The notes beneath the pieces were generated by a model. The model saw nothing but the letters and a program-made list of their open reading frames with translations. It searched no databases and was not told the DNA's origin. DNA of 64,000 nucleotides, taken from NCBI GenBank assembly GCA_951406725.2, contig OX597835.1, positions 43,276,001-43,340,000 on the forward strand, written 5' to 3'. This DNA is from Octopus vulgaris (taxonomy: Eukaryota). The translations under genes and the position numbers were made by a program. Below, in pieces: positions 54,111 to 64,000 of this stretch. The first letter of the stretch is position 1. Each line of letters starts with the position of its first letter.

Positions 54111-55053
54111 AAGACTACCTTTGCGCGTTGATCAACGTACTGCGAAGTGTTGCTCTTTGACCACGAGACCGGTCGATCCAAAGAGAGTTAAATCGCCCAT
54201 CGCCGTCACCCAATATAACGACGATATTTACCTCTGCCAAGGAAAGAGGTTATATTTTCATTAGAGTTGGTTTGTCCGTCTGAGTGCAAAATAACTCAAA
54301 AATGAAACTTGCAGGAAAAGTTGATAATAACACAAGGAACAGATGATGAAATTTTGGTAGTGATCCGGGGATTTTTATGGATTCTTGAAGGATTTTTCAT
54401 TTGTTATATTTACTTTACATGAAGCATTACAATGTTACGTTCATTGATTATCTCCCTTGAAAACACATCGGTTCCATGTAACCTATGGTGGCGTTGCTGT
54501 TTAGAGACAGTGATGATGATGATGATGATGGTCGAGATAAGTATGGGAGGAGGATAAAATAGTATCGGTGGTTATAATGGCGACAGGAGCGGTGTGATGT
54601 GTGATGCTGAGGTGATGGTGGTAATAGTGGTGTTGATGATAGTGTTAGTTGTGTGGTGGTGGTGGTATTGCAGTGGTTATACTGGTTGTGGTGGTGAAAG
54701 TGACTGTCAAGGCAACCATCACGATAACATTGATGGCGGTGGAAGCAATGACAATGCTGCTGATGATGATGTTGGTGGTTGTGAACTGCTTCAGATGATT
54801 CCTGTTTTTAAAGGGTTTTTTTCTCTTAAAATCATATGGCTGTTTTATTATTTCTTTTTTACCCCCGCCATGGAGGTTATGTTTTTGCCTGCTTTGGTTT
54901 GGGAAATTGGGCGATTCCCAGCATGCGTGTATATGGGTGGAAATGAGCTGCTTGGCGAAGGTCTGCGTTCTTATGTGACTTATAACTACATTGGCGAAAT
55001 CATTGAAGGATAATGTCATTTGACTGGCTATTAATGTGGCCATTTATTATATA

Positions 55054-55421
55054 CTAGCACTATGACCCGGCGTTGCTGGGTCATAGTGCTAGTGCATGCA
55101 TATACAGCTGCGTGCGTGCGCACATACACGCGAGTACTGTCCAAATCTCCGACCAATCACATACAGCTAACTGGCATTCAATTGGCGTATCAAGTTTCAG
55201 GCATTTTGATTGGGTTTTGGATAGAAAATTCACAAAAAAGTCACTTCTATTGATTTTTTAATGGCTTTGCGGGGTGACTGGAGAAATGTAAAGATGTGCA
55301 CGACCACCCTTGGACGGTTTTGAATGATCATAGAAAGTGCGAGCCCTCTAACTGAAAAATTGTGGATTTGTATAAAGGACACACACACACACAGACATTT
55401 TGCCGTTTATATATAGAGAGA
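55054..55421 (-). mobile_element. Non-autonomous Helitron
   Basis: 5' TC; 3' long hairpin ctagcactatgaccc...gggtcatagtgctag ending CTAG|T. Confidence 0.85.
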
Positions 55422-56065
55422 TTAATTATGTGTTGCTCATCGGCCAGACGTCCAGTGAGCGATGAAATCGACTGATAATTGCTCGGGTATTTATACTGTT
55501 TCTAACTAAAGCAAGTATATATTGTATATGTGGTAAATACAGTTTTATGGTATTTATAATGTAATGTATAAATATTTACATGTGGATATATATTTACAAA
55601 TATATATGTGTATGTGTGTATACATGTATACATATATATATATATACTGTATGTATATGTACATATATATATATATATATATATATCTTATTATAAAAGG
55701 CAGATTTTATCTGCCTCCCTTTGGGAGTTATACAAATCTACAATATAGGATTTCTTCAATTACAATTTACCTTGCATTTTTAAGAGTACAATGCATCGCG
55801 TCATGCCAGCTCCAGTTTTTAAAATTTAAACTCCAATTAAGCAAAATTTACAGAAAACTCACATTCTGGTGTGTGTGTCAAATGCTTTTCTTAGTCTGGT
55901 TTACACCACACGCAAACGCACACACACAGTGGGCAGCGAATAAAATGAAAGTAATTTACTTACTGTAGTGAGTGATTCTTTCACTCTGCCTCCCACTTCC
56001 TCTTTCAACACAGACACGCAAATATATAAATAAAATTGTAAGCTAACGTGCGTGTGTGTGAGTGG

Positions 56066-56097
<32 letters not shown>

Positions 56098-56181
56098 GGG
56101 TGCGCGTGTGTGTGTGTGTGTGTGTGCGTGTGCGTGAGTGTGTGACAGGAAAGTTTTTTACGACGAATATAAGTAGCACAA

Positions 56182-56660
56182 AGATAAGACAGTAAGGTGT
56201 GATTTGAGGGAGATTTGGCTGCTATTTCTACCATGTCTAGCTGCCATGTAGGGGTCTCCCTCATAGGCTCATACATACATATATACATAGATAAGACAGT
56301 AAGGTGTGATTTGGGGGAAATTTGGCTGCTATTTCTACCAGGTCTAGCTGCCATGTAGGGGTCTCCTCATAGGCTCATACATACATATATACATAGATAA
56401 GACAGTAAGGTGTGATTTGGGGGAAATTTGGCTGCTATTTCTACCAGGTCTAGCTGCCATGTAGGGGTCTCCCTCATAGGCTCATACATACATATATACA
56501 TAGATAAGACAGTAAGGTGTGATTTGGGGGAAATTTGGCTGCTATTTCTACCAGGTCTAGCTACCATGTAGAGGTCCCCCTCATTGGCTCATATATATAT
56601 ACATACATAAGACAGTAAGGTGTGATTTGAGGGAGATTTGGCTGCTGTTTCTACCAGGTC
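56182..56660. repeat. ~107-bp tandem repeat (about 4.5 copies) derived from a dispersed repeat end
   Basis: aaggtgtgattt...ttggctgctatttcta unit; single copies near 12450, 25525 and 42610. Confidence 0.9.
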
Positions 56661-57026
56661 TGTTAGGCCTTCTCATGTAAACTCAAGCTTTCTCATGCCT
56701 TCAACATATGACCAAAGCAGAGAATGTATTCTTTTATTCTTCTGCTTTTTTCAGCCATTGGTCTGTGGCCATGCTGGGGCAATGCCTTGAAGAATTGTAG
56801 TTTAATGAATCAACTCCAGTTTTATTTTTGTAAGCATTGTACTTATTCTATCTGTTTCCTTTGTCAAACCACTAGGTGACAGGGATGTAAACAAACCAAC
56901 ATTCGTTGTCAAGCAGTGGTGGAGGACAATCACAAGCACAGACACGCACACACACACACATACATGCATACACATATACACACATACATACATACATACA
57001 TATATATATATGTGTGTATATATATA

Positions 57027-57284
57027 TTGCAGCGTGGAAGGTGTTTGTAAGCCATTTAAGAAACACACAAAACCGTTACATTCACTTCAACATTTAAATT
57101 TAATTTGCCAAAATATTTTCGTCGCTTTCAGACCACGACCTGTTCACTGACAAAAATATCGTGCTAACAGGTCGCGGTCTCAAAGCGACGAAAATATTTT
57201 GACAAATTAAATTTAAATGTTGAAGTGAATCTAACGGTTTTTGTGTGTTTCTTAAATGGCTTATAAACACCTTCAACGCTGCAA
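57027..57284. repeat. Long inverted repeat, ~118-bp arms with 21-nt spacer
   Basis: 57027-57144 versus reverse complement of 57166-57284. Confidence 0.9.
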
Positions 57285-57444
57285 CTGTTTTCGTTCCAGC
57301 ACACGATCTCAGATCAAGTCACTTGCTATGCAAGTACATCTCTGTAACTATATATTTATATATATATATATATATGTATATTGGTAAAAACAGTAAGATA
57401 ACAAAAGAAAGAAAGAGACCTCAATATTATGTAAATAGAGGAAA

Positions 57445-57839
57445 TCTTTATATATAAAAGTGAGGTTGTGTGTCTGTCTCCTACGATTTAGATTCCTAAC
57501 TACTCCCACATTTTGCGGTGCAGTTTTACCAAAACCGGGTATCTTATAGTCGTGATTCATATCGAGACCGTCTGGGTATTAGCGCGCGTCTACGATGAGT
57601 CTACGATTTTAAAAAAAATTTACCATCAATTTTTCCCATTTTTAATCCATTTTTGACATATATAAGGGAAGTAACTCTCTAAAATTTATTATTAAATCTC
57701 AGAACGTAAAAAGCTACAGTAACACCCCTCCCCCTTTGTGGTTAGCCATATTGAGATGGCTATTATACTTTACATCTCTAAAAATGCTTATATAATTATT
57801 TCCCTTACAAACCCGAGCAACGCCGGGCGATACTGCTAG
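57445..57839 (+). mobile_element. Non-autonomous Helitron
   Basis: A|TC start, hairpin plus CTAG|T end. Confidence 0.9.
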
Positions 57840-57940
57840 TATATATATATATGCATATATATAATATATAAACATAAATAAATACATATGTATATGTATA
57901 TATGTATGTACATGTGTGTGCGTGTGTGAGTGAGTGAGTT

Positions 57941-57974
<34 letters not shown>

Positions 57975-58880
57975 ATAGATATTATATATACATTTCTTCA
58001 GAATCTATATACAGAGTATATAGAAAGGATCGTATATGCATTATGATGTATATATTGATACAAATGTTTTATATACGTTCCCCCACCCCCCCCACCCAAA
58101 GTTCATCCTTCCTTATAAGGCATAAGATTTCTAAAAAGTAAATGAGACTCCGTGGCGGCGCTCGTGCTGCCGTCAAGGTTGTGTGTACCGTCGCAAGTGG
58201 AACGGATTGACTTTGACCGGGAATCGAAACCGCGTCGTTGGAGTCGGCTCGAAGCACAATGACACAGTTAGAAAACGCTCCCCGGATGTAATTGTTTGAG
58301 ACTTTAAAAAACACGTAGAGTATCACGTGATCAGGGAGAGATAACCAATGCAAACAAGATGTGGTCGTAAAGACACAAACACAACACGGTGTACCTGATT
58401 GCCTCGCTTATTTACACACTGCCGTATTGTCTCGTGTGTATTCTAGGATTTACATAGGGAAATTTTACCAAATATTTGGTTCTTAGTGACAACTGTATTC
58501 ACGGTGTAAATATTATCCAGAGATTACATTTCAGCGATACGATACTGATTCTCTCTTGAAACTAAAACACCCCTTGGCACAACGCTACAATATTTACTTC
58601 GACTAGCTCAAGGATACACAAAAAAATAAATCCGAGTTAAGAGGTCATTAGAACGGCATTCGCATCACTCAGTTTCAACGTCTCCATTCCTAAAATAGTT
58701 TCAAACAAAATGCAACGGGAATTATGGATTATAAGTTTTATGTCAGCGTCATTTGCTTTCCCTGCGCTTCCAACAGTCGCCCGAATTCAGAAAGGAAAAA
58801 GACAAAGGGTGTTGCTTTAGCGTGCGATCTACCTGCTCATTTACACTTGTGCACAGTCTACCTCCATTACAAAAACTTTA

Positions 58881-59274
58881 GGATCTTTTCCTTTTGAACG
58901 GCACAAGTCAACACAATTTCTAGTTAACTAAACACTTTAAAACTTCGTATACTGGTAGAATGTGCCAAAATAAAACATTTTTTTCTCTTGGCTTTCTTGA
59001 GAAAATTGTAATTTGTTTGGTTAACGTAATTTAATTTTTCGAATTTTAACCAATGAATCGCCTCAGTTTTAGACGCAGCAAATGATTTTAGCTCAATGAG
59101 ATTGGTTAAAATTCGAAAAATTAAACTACGTTAAACAAACGAATTACAATTTTCTCAAGAAAGCCAAGAGAAAAAAATGTTTTATTTTGACACATTCTAC
59201 CAGTATACGAAGTTTAAAAGTGTTTAGTTAACTAAAAATTGTGTTGACATGTGCCGTTCAAAAGGAAAAGATCC
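58881..59274. mobile_element. Foldback Merlin-type MITE (almost fully palindromic)
   Basis: ggatcttttccttttgaacggcac TIR extended to ~170-bp arms; TSD aaacttta. Confidence 0.9.
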
Positions 59275-59875
59275 AAACTTTATACTGTAGAATGATAAAA
59301 ACAAGTTTAATAATGATTTGTTATTAATGACAGAAAATCATACGAATCATAATCATCAAATTAGGCCAAATTTTACATTAACGGTTATCATTATGATGGA
59401 ATTCAATATGGCGGTGAGCTAACAGAATCGTTTGCTCGCCGGGAGAAATGCTTAGCGGTGTTTCATCCTTTTTCGACCATAAACTTTCTTCTATCATAAA
59501 CGGTTCTCTACCATAAATGTCCATCTGTCTTCAACTGTCTTCTAACATAAACTTTCTTCTGTCAGACTATATGTGATGTGATGTAGCTGCCAATATATAC
59601 AACACTTCCTGTCGATATTGATATCAGTCTCAAGTTTCAGAGAAGCATGGCCGTTTATAACCTTTTGTTGATATGTACGTATCTGTGTGTGTGTGTGTGT
59701 GTGTGAGTGTGTGTGTGTGTGTACGTGGAAATATTTGGGTTGGTGTCGAGGTGCGCAGTTGGCCTACTGGGAGTGGGAGGCCCCTCTCTTTTTGTCACAT
59801 CTCTCTAGGAAAGGGAAACAGTTTCCAACAAAGATACAAGGATCCATCTTTGGGGTGTGGTTAATACAGACAAAT

Positions 59876-60700
59876 TCACATTTGGAACTTGATAAATGTC
59901 TTGCATATTTTTACTGTTCCACTCACAGATTGCACTTGTAATGTACGAATTATCCGGTCGATTTCTCTTTCTGAAAATCCCGGTTTATCCAGATTCTCCT
60001 TTAAGCATTTACTAACAAAACCTAGTGCACCGATTATCATTGGTATGAATATGAATTCATAGTCCAGATATAGAAGGTAGAGGTTTCGAAGCAGTTGTCC
60101 ATAGATATCCTTTTTTCCTTTGACTTTCAAAGAGATATTTATATCTGCTGGGCAGCTGACCTCTCTGATGATCCATACCTTTGCGCTTCTCTCCCAAACA
60201 ACAATTTCCGACCTGTAATGTTTACCTTTAACAGAAGTTTTGATGAGAATATTCCACCAGTATTCCTTGAGTTGGTGTTTATAAATGTAATTCATAACAG
60301 AGGGATTTTCTAAGTTCGTTTCAGGACAGTCTTTTTTTGCGGATGGCATTGGAAATTGTTTTAGCAACAACATAGGGAAGTAGTACCGTGACGACATTTT
60401 AGGACAGCTGCCAATCACATTCGTGATGCCTTCCACAGAAACATGACATAGCCTACACATGTGGTTGTACCTTGGGATTACAAGAGCGTCACTGTCTCTC
60501 GTATTCACCAGGTACCTTTGTGGCAATCTCCTCTTCATGGATTGCAAACGCATAACCTTCAAAGTGTGATGCGATGTAGTGGTCTTATGTCCAAGAGAGG
60601 CTGCATGTCAGTTCTACTGTCTTCTTCAAGCTTCCGGGCAACATACCCATGCATAGTCTTCTTTTTTTATATGCTGAATGCTTTCCATCCAGGTCTTCTC
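59876..60700 (-). pseudogene. R4/Dong-like non-LTR retrotransposon 3' fragment (Zn knuckle plus restriction-like endonuclease)
   Basis: CRLCHVSVEGITNVIGSC, degenerate RPD (RSEIVVW...EVSCP...KKDIY), IPMIIGALG. Confidence 0.8.
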
Positions 60701-60716
60701 TGAGGAAGACACGGAC

Positions 60717-60930
60717 GGCGAGCTGGCAGAAACGTTAGCACGCCGGGTGAAATGCTTCGTGGTATTTCGTCTGCCGTTACGTTCTGAGTTCAAATTCCGC
60801 CGAGGTTGACTTTGCCTTTCATCCTTTCGGTGTCGATTAAATAAGTAGCAGTTACGCACTGGAGTCGATTTAATCGACTTAATCCTTGTTTGTCCCCACT
60901 ATGTTTAGCCCCTTGTGGGCAATAAAGTAC
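60717..60930 (+). mobile_element. SINE family B
   Basis: Family consensus match. Confidence 0.85.
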
Positions 60931-61597
60931 TAAGAAAACCTACGACACGGGCAATAGTCAATGATGTAGACTAGTTGTCTACATCAGCTGTTTTGGGGCT
61001 GTATAGATCATCAAGAAGAGAGTGTTTCTTGAGGAGTTCACTGCCAACCCGTACAATGTTGCTCACATCACTTTTCAGCCCTGCATTTATATAATTATTT
61101 TTGCTGCTGTTGTTTAGCAGGTGCTACCTGAGTGATACCATACGACACTCAAAGGCCGTCTGCACTCATCTCAGGTCCCTACTACCTTCATTTCTTCGTA
61201 AGTAGAACCTGTCAACATCACTGTTTCTGTGGAAGTTTCCAGTTGTTGTCAGGATTTTGCGGGTTTTTAGATCTGTGGGGTGGATTTCCTCTATAGACCA
61301 ATCACATATATATGTATGTATGTATGTGCATATAAGTATGTAGGTGTGTATGTTTGTATTACGTATGTATAGGTGCCTATGTATTTATATATATATATTG
61401 TCTATGTATGTGTATGTCTGTCTTCTGTATGTATGTATTCATGTATGTAACTGCGTGCATGTGCCAATATGTGTGTGTATGTGCATGTACATATATATGT
61501 GTGTGTTTGAGAGTCAGTGAGTGTGCGCGCGCGTACGTTTTTCTGTCACTATGTGCGCATATATATATACATATACATACATACATACATGCATACA

Positions 61598-61672
<75 letters not shown>

Positions 61673-61710
61673 CATATATATATATATGAGCTCTGATATA
61701 TATCCTGTCC

Positions 61711-61752
<42 letters not shown>

Positions 61753-61969
61753 AACTGAAGGGATGTATTTCCACGCAGGAAAAATTATAGGAGAATTTAT
61801 CGTTTAAAATGCACCTGAATTTGAAAAACTTGCAATTGTATTTAAATGAATCTATTTGCATAAATACCTACTTAACTTTGAAACTAGTTTAGTATGTATG
61901 TGAATAAATTTACTTAAAGACAATTATGTTTTTCAAATTCAGGTGCATTTTCAGCAACTATGCATATAT

Positions 61970-62018
<49 letters not shown>

Positions 62019-62181
62019 GGTGAGTGGATGTGGGTGTACGCGTGTATATGCGTGTTACAGATGGGATCGTTTCGCGTGTTGCCGGTACCACGTAACCCAA
62101 TACGATTTGTTACATGGTCAGATCGTTGTCAATAACTAAACCGTGAACCTCACTCGCTCCACTAACGGGCTTGGCTGGTGA

Positions 62182-62209
62182 GGCGGGGTCGCTAGAGCAA
62201 CCTAGCAAC
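62182..62209. promoter_or_regulatory. GC box plus RFX X-box-like site
   Basis: ggcggg-gtcgctagagcaac-ctagcaac in a CpG-rich unique patch. Confidence 0.35.
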
Positions 62210-62504
62210 GCGAAAACAAACAAAAAACAAAACTGTTAAACATACGGATGAATCCAGAATAAGGTCAATAGCTATTTGGCAATATTGCACGGGTAGATAG
62301 GACATACCCGCGACGGTGAACGAGTATATTGAGGGACCAATTTAAGACTGATAAACCCTACCTTAGATCTTGTTAGAGCATCTATTAAAGGGAGGGGTAT
62401 ATAGGGGCCCCTCAGCTGTGATGAGGACTGCTCCACGGAGTTGTTGCGTGCATTAATTTATAGACATTATATTGGTCTTAGATATATATTTCTTCAAGTG
62501 TATA

Positions 62505-62726
62505 TACTTGTTTCAGTCATTTGATTGTGGCCATGCTGGAGCACCGCCTTTAGTCGAGCAAATCGACTCCAGGGCTTATTCTTTGTAAGCCTAGTACTTA
62601 TTCTATCGGTCTCTTTTGCCGAACCGCTAAGTTACGGGGACGTAAACACACTAGCATCGGTTGTCAAGCGATGTTGAGGGGATCAACACGGACAGACAAA
62701 CATATACACGTACACACACACACACA

Positions 62727-62770
<44 letters not shown>

Positions 62771-62943
62771 CACATATACATATATACGACGGGCTTCTTT
62801 CAGTTTCCGCCTACCAAATCCACTCACAAGGCTTTGGTCAGCCCGAGGCTATAGTAGAAGACACTTGCCCAAGGTGCCACGCAGTGGGACTGAACCCGGA
62901 ACCATGTGGTTGGTAAGCAAGCTACTTACCACACGGCCACTCC
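62505..62943 (-). mobile_element. SINE family A
   Basis: Family consensus match. Confidence 0.9.
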
Positions 62944-63075
62944 TTCACATTGTCATATATAGATACTCTGTATGTATGTATGTATGTATGTATGTATGTA
63001 TGTATGTATGCATGTATATATATATATATATATATATATTGTATACACATTGTCATATATACATACTCTGTATGC

Positions 63076-63124
<49 letters not shown>

Positions 63125-63315
63125 AAGAATTCACAAAAAAACAAAGCAAAAAACGAAGACAGGTGGTGTAAACAACAAACAGATGTATTAGTTTAACGCT
63201 CGGGAAGTGAGAAAGTCTTTAACATTTTGAGCCTACGCTCTTCGACAGAAAGGAACACAGAAAGAAACAAGGAGAGAAAATAAAGACTGTGTAGTGGCTA
63301 GCGATCTATCATGGC

Positions 63316-63353
<38 letters not shown>

Positions 63354-63439
63354 GAAATTTACAGTAAAGCAAATGACGAAGACAGGTGTATAAACAACAA
63401 GCAGGTTGGGTCATATATATATATATAAATATATATACA

Positions 63440-64000
63440 CACACACACACATGCAGGAAGTAAATAGACACCTTTATTTTCAAAATCTTTTATTTAATAC
63501 ACAAAACAAAGCAATTGAAATGTAATCGATAGGTAGGACTACATACTTTAGTATTTAGGTGACATTCCTTTGTGGTTTTTAATTCAAAAACTCTTTTTGG
63601 TATTGAACTGATGAGCTTTGTGATTGTCTCTTGTGGAATTTCTGCCCACTTTTCACGCAACAATCGAAACAATTCATCTTTAGATTTAGGTTTCTGTCGA
63701 GTTTTTCATATAGCTCTATCTAGTATGCTCCAAAGATTTTCAATTGGGTTCATCTCAGGAGATTGGCTCGGCCAAGGAAGCTTTTCGATCCCATTTTCAG
63801 TCAGCCATTGTTGATTCCTTTTTGCTGTGTTGCAAGGATAAAACTCATTTTTCGTTATGTTATCGTATGAATACATCGGAAGTAGTATTTTTCAGAGTTT
63901 ATGGTTCCAACACATTCGATCAGCTCAGAATGGACCATTGCTGGTGACAGCTCCCCATACCATTACAGAGATACTGCCATGTTTCACAGTTGGTTGGGGT
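63440..64000 (-). pseudogene. Tc1-family (DD34E) transposase 3' fragment, runs off the window edge
   Basis: TVKHGSISVMVWG, WPSQSPEMNPIENLWSIL, WAEIPQETITKLISSIPKR. Confidence 0.85.

Noticed and set aside
58215-58240. tRNA T-arm-like ggtttcgattcccggtca on the minus strand
   Set aside because: No D-arm/A box or acceptor stem

Overview
This is eukaryotic, AT-rich, microsatellite-saturated DNA. The SINE families and repeat landscape suggest an octopus/coleoid cephalopod genome (inference). No intact host gene is visible, and nearly all long ORFs in the track are microsatellite artefacts. The window is a mosaic of two tRNA-derived SINE families, mariner/Tc1/maT relics, Merlin-type and hAT-type MITEs with 8-bp TSDs, non-autonomous Helitrons, RTE and R4-like LINE fragments, and minisatellites. 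The most notable signal is a dispersed set of about 9 minimal type-I hammerhead ribozyme (HHR) motifs or variants from several unrelated short elements, mostly next to AT-rich microsatellites, with Penelope-like inverted architecture. The best case (37244-37743) is a head-to-head dimer of a tRNA-headed, hammerhead-bearing element inside one 12-bp TSD, a candidate Pol III 'retrozyme-SINE'. All structures were read by eye; none was computed or database-checked.
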